Part shown: positions 29,870 through 38,005 of the stretch, one piece after another
Numbering within the stretch: position 1 is the stretch's first letter
How the letters are laid out: each line of letters begins with the position of its first letter
Assembly (NCBI GenBank): GCA_944392225.1
Contig: CALXWB010000001.1
Location: 855 to 64,854, forward strand
From: an uncultured Alphaproteobacteria bacterium
GTDB lineage: Bacteria; Pseudomonadota; Alphaproteobacteria; RF32; CAG-239
DNA: 64,000 nucleotides
Direction: 5' to 3'
Translations under genes and position numbers: made by a program
Notes under the pieces: model-generated
Seen by the model: the letters and a program-made list of their open reading frames with translations, nothing else
What the model was told of the DNA's origin: nothing
Database searches by the model: none

Positions 29870-29886
29870 TCTAGCTCGTGATACAT

Positions 29887-29963
29887 GGCGAACGTAGCTC
29901 AGTTGGTAGAGCCCCGGTTTGTGGTACCGGTTGTCGTGAGTTCGAGCCTCATCGTTCGCCCCA
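29887..29963 (+). tRNA. tRNA-His (anticodon GTG) with encoded G-1 and CCA
   Basis: Manual cloverleaf: G-1, acceptor GCGAACG/CGTTCGC, D arm GCTC-AGTTGGTA-GAGC, anticodon arm CCGGT-TTGTGGT-ACCGG, T arm GTGAG-TTCGAGC-CTCAT, C73, CCA. Confidence 0.9.
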
Positions 29964-30463
29964 GATTTCATATTTAAGCACCTGTAATAAGGTGCTTTTT
30001 TTGTATCTATCCATAATGAGGCTCGAACCGAGGTTCGTCTGACTTGTAAGTGTTTTATAAAACACTAACGCGCTGCGGTCACTTGATTTGTAACGCTTTG
30101 TCAGCGGCGTTATCACTTGCTTCAAAGCTAACAAATCTGCGCCTGTCGTCAGAAAATTCTCCGCTGGAGAATTTTCTTTCCTCCAGCCTCATCGTTCGCT
30201 CCAGATTTCATGTTTAAGCACCTGTAATAAGGTGCTTTTTTTGTGCCTATCCATAATGAGGCTCGAACCGAGGTTCGTCTGACTTGTAAGTGTTTTATCA
30301 AACACTAACTGCGCTGCGGTCACTTGATTTGTAACGCTTTGTCAGCGGCGTTATCACTTGCTTCAAAGCTAACAAATCTGCGCCTGTCGTCAGAAAATTC
30401 TCCGCTGGAGAATTTTCTTTCCTCCTCTGACTTGTAAGTGTTTTATCAAACACTAACGCGCTG
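29945..30463. repeat. tandem direct repeat (2 units of ~240 nt plus a 38-nt fragment) starting inside the tRNA-His 3' end
   Basis: Unit 1 is 29945-30184 and unit 2 is 30185-30425 (5 substitutions and one 1-nt indel by my comparison). The fragment 30426-30463 matches 30038-30075. Confidence 0.9.
29976..30002 (+). terminator. rho-independent terminator after tRNA-His (second copy at 30216-30242)
   Basis: aagcacc-tgtaataa-ggtgctt followed by ttttt. Confidence 0.7.
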
Positions 30464-30540
30464 TAGCAACAAAAAAAAAGCTTCGTCTTTTTTTTCAAAA
30501 CAAAGCTTTTTTGTTAAATTAATACTTTTCCTGTTCGGGC

Positions 30541-32763
30541 TTAACGCTCTAATTCTTCTTCAGAAAATTCTTCTCCTCCCGAATTGTCGTTATCCTCATC
30601 CACATCAATACCCAGTTTGGCCAGCATATTGTCGTTAATATCTTCTCGCTGCGCCACAATCCAATCCGGCACGTTGGGTGAGGGCGGTAGTTTTGCCATG
30701 GCCGTCATCTGTTTGTCCCAGAACCAACGCGGCGCATCGGCCATAATCGGACGGTCAATATAACTTTGCATCAGCACCACTTGCTTTGATGTCGGCAAGC
30801 TCAACAATTGTGTCGTGCTGATAACCGGCACACCTTGTAATTGGTAACTCACATTTTTGGAGAACGGGTTTTGTCCCTTTGCCATACCAAAAGTATTTTC
30901 CGTTTTGGAAAATGAGGTTGTTTGCACGGTCTTATTACCAATCATCTTGGAAAAACGCTGGGCCGTTACCTCGTTGTTTTGTGACAAAATAACTTTGCAG
31001 GCTGTGGTTGAAATAACGGTTTCAAGATCGTCTTTACCATATTTACCTGAAATTTGTCCTAAATCTTGTCCGATGAGCAGGTATGAAACTTTTTGACCAC
31101 GTCCGACTGCCGGGCCTTCAATGATGGCGCTTAACTTCGGCATGGTCGGAAACTCGTCGAGCACAAACAAGGTTGGAAAAGGTCCCATCTTACCGTCACT
31201 CTTGTTGACAAAGTTTGGCGGATTTGCAATCAGATAGTTGGACATTAAGTCAATAAATGTTCCTGAAATCACGCTCAAAGCTTTGGCATCAACCTGGTTT
31301 ACCGACAGATAAACCGAAATTGGTTTCCATTGCCCGGTTATCGGGTCTTTCATACCGCGCAGGTCTTTGAAGTTGATATCACTGAAACTTGTTCTGGCCA
31401 CAACGGCGGCGTTTTTGAAAATGCCAATACCGCTGAATGCCGTTGACAAAACTGAACCTCTTTCTTTATCCGGCATGGAGCTTAATTGGCTCAACTCAAC
31501 CACACAACGTTGCGAATAGCCAAATTTTCTGGCTTCCACAATGGCTTCTTCCAACAAATCTCTCATCGGATCAGCCATGGCAGCCATTTGGTCTCCTTCT
31601 TCCAAGCGGCGCTTGATGTCTTGCGATTGTTTGATTTGTGCTTCCGTAATCCATTCCAAAATCATGGCAATGCACGCTTCTCGGCCAACCCAACGTTCGG
31701 GCAACAGATTCCAGGTGCCGATGGGCAGATAGTTGTCTATGGTCAGATTGTTGTTTCTCAAGTTGGCCACGGCACGGCTCGCCATCGGGTCATTCATTTC
31801 CAAATAATAGCCTTCCAGAACCTTTTTGTCTTCTTCATCCAACTTTCCTTCATAGATGCGTCCGATGAAATAGTCGTTGGCACGTGCTTTTTCACACTTA
31901 AAGGCAATAAAATGCAAAAATCCGGTCAAGGCCGCACGACCTGTTTTGGACCAGTGCGGGTCTGCGCCGCCTTTGGGGTCTTCCACCAAAACATTGCACA
32001 TGGAGTCAATATACATGTCTCGCGCCGGGCCGGGAGCAGGAATGGCTGACGGAGAAAGCGGATTCCAGCTCGGATAATAAATACCCTCTGCCGGGTTGTC
32101 TTCTGCACCCCAGTTGATGACAAATACCGGGCCAACCTTAGCTCTGGCCCCGGTCGTCGAAAAACACAATTCCGGCTTGGGGTCGTTGACCACAATGCTC
32201 ATGCCGTTGGAGTAAAAAATCGTGGGCATCACCACACCAACGGTTTTACCTGTTCCCGGAGGGGCACAACACAATGTTGACAAGGTTTCATTTAGTTTCA
32301 AAAGGTGGCCTTTGTATTTTCCAACCACTTGACAAAAACCGTTTAACAAGCCCATCTTTTTGATATCTCTCATTTCGGCTAACCTTGCCGAACCATGAAT
32401 GTTGGACTGAAAACGATATGGATTGGTGATTATTCCAACTGCCAAAATCAGCGGAAAACTAATAAATGGCAGAATCGGCAACCACAAGCCAAAAGAAAAT
32501 GCACCGTTATAGTGATATATTTGGCTCATCCAACTGCCATAACGTGAAAAAAGATAGTCCGGGTTGTTAAATATCATGCTTAAAAAACGACCCACATCGC
32601 TGATGGATTGTTTTGAGATACCACTGCCAATCAGATATCCCAACGGCATTGATATGATGGCTAATGCTATGGTCACACCTAAGGCTGTTAAAACCGTAAT
32701 GGACATCCATTTTACAGCGCTGTTATATTCTTCCCATTCTTCACCTTTTTTTTCTACGGCCAT
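30541..32763 (-). CDS. type IV secretion coupling protein (VirD4/TraG family ATPase)
   Basis: 740 aa. N-terminal TM helices, HGSARLAEMRDIKKMGLL, Walker A CCAPPGTGKTVGVVMPT, Walker B LFVLDEFPTMPKL, LIGQDLGQISGKYG and an acidic C-terminal tail. Confidence 0.9.
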   Translation of the reverse strand: MAVEKKGEEWEEYNSAVKWMSITVLTALGVTIALAIISMPLGYLIGSGISKQSISDVGRFLSMIFNNPDYLFSRYGSWMSQIYHYNGAFSFGLWLPILPFISFPLILAVGIITNPYRFQSNIHGSARLAEMRDIKKMGLLNGFCQVVGKYKGHLLKLNETLSTLCCAPPGTGKTVGVVMPTIFYSNGMSIVVNDPKPELCFSTTGARAKVGPVFVINWGAEDNPAEGIYYPSWNPLSPSAIPAPGPARDMYIDSMCNVLVEDPKGGADPHWSKTGRAALTGFLHFIAFKCEKARANDYFIGRIYEGKLDEEDKKVLEGYYLEMNDPMASRAVANLRNNNLTIDNYLPIGTWNLLPERWVGREACIAMILEWITEAQIKQSQDIKRRLEEGDQMAAMADPMRDLLEEAIVEARKFGYSQRCVVELSQLSSMPDKERGSVLSTAFSGIGIFKNAAVVARTSFSDINFKDLRGMKDPITGQWKPISVYLSVNQVDAKALSVISGTFIDLMSNYLIANPPNFVNKSDGKMGPFPTLFVLDEFPTMPKLSAIIEGPAVGRGQKVSYLLIGQDLGQISGKYGKDDLETVISTTACKVILSQNNEVTAQRFSKMIGNKTVQTTSFSKTENTFGMAKGQNPFSKNVSYQLQGVPVISTTQLLSLPTSKQVVLMQSYIDRPIMADAPRWFWDKQMTAMAKLPPSPNVPDWIVAQREDINDNMLAKLGIDVDEDNDNSGGEEFSEEELER

Positions 32764-32785
32764 GTTTTTCCCTCAAAAAAATTTT

Positions 32786-34120
32786 CTATGCTATGTTTCG
32801 TATCAGTTTCTTTATTTTTTCTAATTTGTCTTTGTCAATATTTTCAATTGTTTCATCAAGAGCTTTGACAAAAGGTTTAATCTCTTTTGGCGTGCCTCTG
32901 TCTATGCGGCAGACATTAACCCCTATTTCATCCCAAATATCAAACATATCCTCTGCATTGATGATGTTGCCGATTTGTTCAATCACATATGCCTTGACCT
33001 CAAAATGAAAATCGGCTTCTTCTAGTTTTTCTACCAAATATTGGCGTGCCAAATCGGCTTTTCTGACCGGCGATATGCGGTGTGAACTTTCTGAAAACCA
33101 CAAGGGTTCTTCATCGTTGAACCGCTCTTCATCTGCCAGCCAATCTCCCGGTTCTTTATCTATCATACAAATACAAATTTGGTTGGCGGCTATGCCGATA
33201 AAATCTATTAAGGTGTTTTTGATGGTTAATCCCGTTAAAACTTCATAACCTTTTTGCTTGATTACATCCAGAACGGAGTTCCCTGACCCTTGTGTGCCGG
33301 AAGCAGAATTTCTTTGTTGCTTGTTGCCCCTATTGTTGTTTTGGCTGGAAACAGGCGTTCCGTTTGACTTCTTGTTTTTATTCTTGTTCCTATCTCTATC
33401 TCTATCTCTTTCCGTCGGCGCAGGCTTGCCGTTTACTGCTGATTTGTTACTTCCTTCATCGGATTCCGGCTTGGCTTTTGCATCATCATCAAAGGCATCA
33501 AAGTCAAACTCAAAATCATCATCATCGTCAAAATTGAACAAAGAATGGCTGAACGTGCCGTTGTCTGTTGTTTGAGAATTTGCCGGAGCAGGTTGGTTGT
33601 TTGATGCCGGCAACACATTTGCTGACTGAGCTATTGGAGCGGCAATTGTTGGAATAGGGGTGTTGTTGGTTGTTGATGCCGTTTCATAAATTTTTTCATC
33701 CATCGGCATGCGAACACTTTTGGGCCTGATTTCTTTGTATGATTTTTTCTTTTTTATCTTCTTTATCCCGGTGGTGCTGGCTATTACTTTGACTTGTTGG
33801 AAAAAGATTTTTTTCAACAAGTTGACGGGAAGTGCAATTATTGAGCGCAAAAGTTTTTCCCAGTTGATTACGCTTAAGGCAGCCCAGCCCGTTAACCAAA
33901 GCGGAATAAATGTTAAAATGATTAAAACAAAGGCCCATTCTTTGGCATCGGCTATCACCCAGCCGGATAACCATAAATCCCACGCATATTCCCAATGATC
34001 TTTGCGCAAAATGTCAAACCGCCAGTTCTTGAGCATGATAACGCGTATACCTTCCAGAAAAAATATGCTCCAGAAGATACCAACGCAGATTATTCTTATC
34101 AATATCAATAACGGTTTCAA
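32786..34120 (-). CDS. membrane protein with low-complexity linker and C-terminal NERD/PD-(D/E)xK-like domain (tentative)
   Basis: 444 aa. The N-terminal ~100 aa are paralogous to the ORF at 34171-34665. The linker has DDDDDFEFDFDAFDDD and DRDRDRNKNKNKK. The C-terminus GYEVLTGL...IDFIGIA...ICICMIDKEPGDW...ISPVRKADLARQYL resembles NERD. Confidence 0.65.
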   Translation of the reverse strand: MKPLLILIRIICVGIFWSIFFLEGIRVIMLKNWRFDILRKDHWEYAWDLWLSGWVIADAKEWAFVLIILTFIPLWLTGWAALSVINWEKLLRSIIALPVNLLKKIFFQQVKVIASTTGIKKIKKKKSYKEIRPKSVRMPMDEKIYETASTTNNTPIPTIAAPIAQSANVLPASNNQPAPANSQTTDNGTFSHSLFNFDDDDDFEFDFDAFDDDAKAKPESDEGSNKSAVNGKPAPTERDRDRDRNKNKNKKSNGTPVSSQNNNRGNKQQRNSASGTQGSGNSVLDVIKQKGYEVLTGLTIKNTLIDFIGIAANQICICMIDKEPGDWLADEERFNDEEPLWFSESSHRISPVRKADLARQYLVEKLEEADFHFEVKAYVIEQIGNIINAEDMFDIWDEIGVNVCRIDRGTPKEIKPFVKALDETIENIDKDKLEKIKKLIRNIA

Positions 34121-34170
34121 ACTTTATGCTCCAGGTCTTTTCCTTATGTCTTGCTGTGGATTCTTTTTTC

Positions 34171-34665
34171 TTATTCTTTATAATGAACGGAATTTATTTT
34201 TTCTGCAACTGCTTGTCTTATTTTATTCACTTCTTCATCGGTTCTAATGGGTTCTTTCGGTTTGCTTTTCATTTCAAGCTCTTCTTCGGCTTTCATCAAT
34301 TTTGTGCCCATGTTCTTTATTTTTAATTTGGATATGTCTTTTTCATAATTTTCCAAAGTTTTTTTATTGTATAGTGCAAAAGGTTCCAACAACAGCTGAA
34401 TATAGTCTATATGGTAGCATTTTTTCCAGCCCCAGAGCCATAGCGGAATGTATAAAACAAAAATGAACAGCAGGAGATAATCTTGCCAGGTGCGAATAAC
34501 GCCGCCGGCTTCCCAATATGAATTTATTAATTGCCAACTCTGTGCCGATAATAAATTGAAATTCCAAAAATAATCAAGAATAAAGTTTACCAGCTTGAAA
34601 AAAACTATTGTCCATATAATTCCAACAATCAGAAACTTAATCAACTTTAAAATTTTTTTCAGCAT
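34171..34665 (-). CDS. membrane protein, paralogue of the N-terminal module of the 32786-34120 product
   Basis: 164 aa. Shared motifs are VGIIWTIVFF/VGIFWSIFFL, NFNLL..SW/RFDIL..HW and IPLWLWGW/IPLWLTGW. Confidence 0.65.
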   Translation of the reverse strand: MLKKILKLIKFLIVGIIWTIVFFKLVNFILDYFWNFNLLSAQSWQLINSYWEAGGVIRTWQDYLLLFIFVLYIPLWLWGWKKCYHIDYIQLLLEPFALYNKKTLENYEKDISKLKIKNMGTKLMKAEEELEMKSKPKEPIRTDEEVNKIRQAVAEKINSVHYKE

Positions 34666-34668
34666 GGC

Positions 34669-36597
34669 CTATTCTCGTCCTCTGGCAAAAGGAATTTTAA
34701 TGTCGGGCGAACCTTTTTGCTCGGGAGCTTTTTCTTGAGTTAAGTAGCTTCGGATTTCATTTCTTTTGTTTCTTGCTTGATCTGCCATTATCAAAAGTCC
34801 TTGTTGGTCTGCATCTAAACCATCCAGTGCAATTTTATGTGTGCGATCAACTTGCTGCCATTGAACCGCTTCTTCTCTTAGCGGTGTTGGCTCTTCTTCC
34901 TCCAGCAACCCATTATAGGAAATTAATATCATATTGTTTTTGGTTCTTACGCCTTTTTCGTCATAGCGATCGTCAGTTAGCTCTTTTTTGCCAAATTTTA
35001 TGGCTTTTTCCATATCTTTTGATATTTGTGTCATTGTGGTTTTGAAAAAGTCAAATTTCTGAGATGCTTGCGGGTCTTTTTGAGCTTCCTTGTATAATTT
35101 CTTTTTTATGATTTTGTTGGCTCGTTGGCTTCTTTCTTCATACAAAGCATTTACATCTTTGTCTTTATGCGCATCTTTATCGTGTAGTTTATCATCCAAC
35201 AAGCTGGCTCTGGTATAATCATCTATGGTTTTCATATAAGTCATGGCCAAGTTTGTGAGCAGGGGCACGGTTTTTTTCGGATCGCCGACACTTAAAAGCT
35301 GCCCGATGTTTACGCCGGAAAGTTCGGCAAAATCTCTCAACAGCGGGTTTTCTGCTATCACATTGCCAAGCTTGCCTTCTTTTATGTCTTTGATAATTTG
35401 TTTATTGTTGCAAGCATCGGTATAAGCTTGCATTTTCTTGTTTGATGTCTTTTGCAGCGAATCGGCAAATTTGTGCGTTTCATCAGGATCGTTTTGTTTC
35501 TTTGCAGTCTCTGCCTTGCTGTCATTGTAGCTGCTTCTTATTTCATTGATGATGCCGGTTAATAAATATTCCGTTTGATCCAAAACCCAGTTGGTGGCGG
35601 CATTGGCTGCTGCCAAAAACCATTCTTTGAACATGGCATCAATAATATCCATTTCTTGCCATTTGAAGTCATTATGACCGGGAGCGTGCTTGTTGTCAGT
35701 GCCTGCTTTGAAGTCACTGGTTTTCTCCGGCGTTGATTTTCCTTCATCTACTTTTGTGGTTTGCGGGCCTTCTTTTTCTCCTTCATTGACGGTTGTGGTC
35801 TTTTGTCCTTCATTGACCTTGGTGTTTGCTTTTTCGTTAATTTTAAGCGTTTTTATTTTGCTTTCTTTTTGAATCAGATGATCTACTTGGCCATTGGCAA
35901 ATTTTTCCCACAAAAGACGTGAAGAATATATGTTGTTTATGGCTCTCTTGGCTTGATCCGATAAGGCGCTGGCTTTTAGCTCAAGCTCTTGCGGCTTGTT
36001 GTCTTGCATTCGGTATAATTTATTATCGCGCGTTAAAACATATTGCACTTCGTTTCCGTTTTCATCCAACTGGCGGATATACCCGCTTTCGTTTTCATCA
36101 AACTCAACCATGCTCACGGCATCGCCGTTGCCGTCTAAATAGGTGAATGTTTTGCCGGAAAGATTGTTCTTTCCTTTTGCTTTTTGATGATCAAAACTGA
36201 TAACTATATCATTAACCTTTTCCGGCTGGCGCAGGCCGCTTTTTAATTCGGGAGTGGCTTTGAGCTCAATTTCTTTGCTCATGACCAAACGCTTATCACG
36301 CATTTGCTCTTTCAAGTTTGCTATTTGTTTTCTGATTGCATCATTGGCAAACATGGAGTCATATGCTCCGCAAAACTCTTCAATCTTGGAGAAATCTGAG
36401 ATATTGTATCGTCCCATGTTCAAATCTACAAAAAAACCGTCAAGCTGGGCTTGAATGTTTTCTTGTGAAATGTTTTTCAAAAATGTTTCTTTTTCTTCCG
36501 GTTTTTGTTGCGCATAAGAATTTGCCGTGTTGGCCAGATTGCGTCTTTGTTCAACAAACGTTTGGACTGCATTTTTGATATCTTCTTTTCCCGACAT
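34669..36597 (-). CDS. hypothetical protein (642 aa)
   Basis: Long ORF, co-directional with its neighbours, with a 3-nt gap to the next gene. K/E/D-rich with a short V(N/D)EG repeat patch. No family recognised. Confidence 0.65.
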   Translation of the reverse strand: MSGKEDIKNAVQTFVEQRRNLANTANSYAQQKPEEKETFLKNISQENIQAQLDGFFVDLNMGRYNISDFSKIEEFCGAYDSMFANDAIRKQIANLKEQMRDKRLVMSKEIELKATPELKSGLRQPEKVNDIVISFDHQKAKGKNNLSGKTFTYLDGNGDAVSMVEFDENESGYIRQLDENGNEVQYVLTRDNKLYRMQDNKPQELELKASALSDQAKRAINNIYSSRLLWEKFANGQVDHLIQKESKIKTLKINEKANTKVNEGQKTTTVNEGEKEGPQTTKVDEGKSTPEKTSDFKAGTDNKHAPGHNDFKWQEMDIIDAMFKEWFLAAANAATNWVLDQTEYLLTGIINEIRSSYNDSKAETAKKQNDPDETHKFADSLQKTSNKKMQAYTDACNNKQIIKDIKEGKLGNVIAENPLLRDFAELSGVNIGQLLSVGDPKKTVPLLTNLAMTYMKTIDDYTRASLLDDKLHDKDAHKDKDVNALYEERSQRANKIIKKKLYKEAQKDPQASQKFDFFKTTMTQISKDMEKAIKFGKKELTDDRYDEKGVRTKNNMILISYNGLLEEEEPTPLREEAVQWQQVDRTHKIALDGLDADQQGLLIMADQARNKRNEIRSYLTQEKAPEQKGSPDIKIPFARGRE

Positions 36598-36675
36598 CTT
36601 TTTTTCCCCAATAGTTATCTTTTTTGTTCTAATTTTAGCATTGTTTTTGCGTTTTGTCTATATTTTTCTCTAAAA

Positions 36676-37626
36676 CTAAGCCTTTAAATTTTTGAGAAAA
36701 TTTCCCAGTTCTTTGTTCACTCTGATTCCGTCTTCGGGCTTGGCTTTTATCAGGCCAAAAAAGCGGTCTTTAATCTTGCTTACCTCTATCGGGGAAAATG
36801 TGGCCGGGTTGTTGGTCAAAACTTTATAGGCACCGTCGGCATCGCGGGCGGCATTTTTGAAGTAGTTGTTGACCAAACGTTCGGCATTGACGGGAAATTC
36901 TTTATCCTCAATGGCGTTAATATATTTTTTCATTTTTTCTACGCGGCGTTGATGCTCTTCAACAATTTCTTTTTCTATCTTTTTTCTTTTGGCTTTAAGA
37001 CGCCTTTTTTCATAGGCAATTTCACAGCCTTCAAGCTCTATCAACGTTTCTACATATGAAATGATAAACATTTGCAAATCTTCATCCGTGACTTTTTCTG
37101 CATAATTTAGCAGGTCTTCGTCACTGGCTCCGGGGTTGATATTTTGAACTCTGCTCGGATAAGCCTTGATTAAAATGTCCCAACAACGAAGTGTGTCATA
37201 GGCAAAATCTTGGTTCAAATAAGGTTTGTAACGCGGTAATAGTAATTCTTCTTTGATTCTGAATTTTGGTAAGTTTATTTTGTTCTTTTTGGCAATTTGT
37301 TCGGCGCTTTTGATAAAGTTTGAATATGCATCAAAAAGGTTTTTTTCTTCTTCTGCCAGTTTTGACGGAGTTCCGTTTTGTTCCTGTTTGACAACGGAAT
37401 CTTTATAATCGTTGATCATGGTGGAGGTATCATCCGGGGTGATTTCAGAAGAAATAAATTCCTGCAGCAATTTTTCAAATTCTTCATCGTCATCGTTGTC
37501 GGAAGAAGATGTGGCTTCATCAGTTGTATCTTTGCCGTTTGAAGCCTTTGGTTGCACAGTTTCTATATCTGCGTTTTTTAACAGCTCATCAATTTTTTTA
37601 TCTAATTCTTCTAATTCGTTACTCAT
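36676..37626 (-). CDS. hypothetical protein (316 aa, acidic N-terminus)
   Basis: First large ORF of the minus-strand block. No family recognised. Confidence 0.65.
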   Translation of the reverse strand: MSNELEELDKKIDELLKNADIETVQPKASNGKDTTDEATSSSDNDDDEEFEKLLQEFISSEITPDDTSTMINDYKDSVVKQEQNGTPSKLAEEEKNLFDAYSNFIKSAEQIAKKNKINLPKFRIKEELLLPRYKPYLNQDFAYDTLRCWDILIKAYPSRVQNINPGASDEDLLNYAEKVTDEDLQMFIISYVETLIELEGCEIAYEKRRLKAKRKKIEKEIVEEHQRRVEKMKKYINAIEDKEFPVNAERLVNNYFKNAARDADGAYKVLTNNPATFSPIEVSKIKDRFFGLIKAKPEDGIRVNKELGNFLKNLKA

Positions 37627-37638
37627 GATTTGTTCCCT

Positions 37639-37923
37639 TTAATTTGCTTTAAGAGTTGCTTCACGCTGCAGGCTTTCGGTGTTGAAGATGATGATGCGGT
37701 CTGAAACACCGCCCCCAATGCTCAATATGTATAATCGGTTGTTGTCGGCCTTAAAATCTTTGATATAGCTCCCTTCAGGCAGGCGTAACGAGATTTCTTT
37801 TTCCGGCATTTTTTCCGTATTGTGCGTTTTTTTCAGCAGCGTTCCGAGAAAAAGCAATGTGCTGAATATCAATAAAAAAGTTAGGACAAAAACAATTGTT
37901 TTAACAAGTTTTAATTTATCCAT
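37639..37923 (-). CDS. small membrane-anchored hypothetical protein
   Basis: 94 aa with one N-terminal TM helix (TIVFVLTFLLIFSTLLFLGTLL) and a short beta-rich domain. It may be a conserved core gene divergent from rluD rather than part of the VirD4 block. Confidence 0.55.
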   Translation of the reverse strand: MDKLKLVKTIVFVLTFLLIFSTLLFLGTLLKKTHNTEKMPEKEISLRLPEGSYIKDFKADNNRLYILSIGGGVSDRIIIFNTESLQREATLKAN

Positions 37924-38005
37924 ATTTTTTTCCTTGCGTTATCTTGTTGCAAAAACTTAAATTTTATGTATTTTGTTATTGTGTGAAACTTTTATAAATA
38001 AAAAT

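Noticed and set aside
29722-29886. CtrA box (TTAA-N7-TTAA) in the divergent PBP/mipZ-tRNA-His promoter region. I made similar checks upstream of gcrA (7349-7499), gyrA (803-1074) and the pseudokinase/GGDEF region (42509-42638).
   Set aside because: Only partial matches were seen (for example ttaaaattaaccg). I found no correctly spaced full site by eye. A computational motif scan is needed before claiming any.
30011-30040. A minus-strand tRNA gene or pseudogene suggested by the inverted T-loop-like sequence (ggttcgagcctcat). The analogous segment at tRNA-Gly is 56103-56117.
   Set aside because: The flanking bases do not form a T-stem (3 of 5 pairs at best). No acceptor stem, anticodon arm or CCA can be drawn. 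I kept it only as an observation inside the repeat findings.
29964-30425. Possible two-piece (permuted) alphaproteobacterial tmRNA hidden in the tRNA-His repeat. The region has a tRNA-like 3' end copy ending in tcca and structured RNA nearby.
   Set aside because: There is no T-loop in front of the second acceptor-like end. In the three frames I read on the minus strand I found no ORF resembling a tag peptide (ANDN...-type ending in hydrophobic Ala-Ala). The segment is simply duplicated in tandem.
29945-30463. CRISPR array.
   Set aside because: The repeat unit is ~240 nt, head-to-tail, with no short repeat/spacer periodicity. No cas genes are in the window.
29949-30498. Track ORFs of 61 aa (29949-30134) and 66 aa (30298-30498) inside the tRNA-His repeats.
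   Set aside because: They are two copies of the same repeat read in frame. They overlap the tRNA terminator copies and have no Shine-Dalgarno sequence, so they are most likely non-coding.
29964-37930. A complete integrative conjugative element bounded by attL and attR.
   Set aside because: No integrase, relaxase or mating-pair-formation genes are present, and I could not find a further copy of the tRNA-His 3' end near 37.6-38.0 kb. Only a remnant or a non-ICE explanation is defensible.
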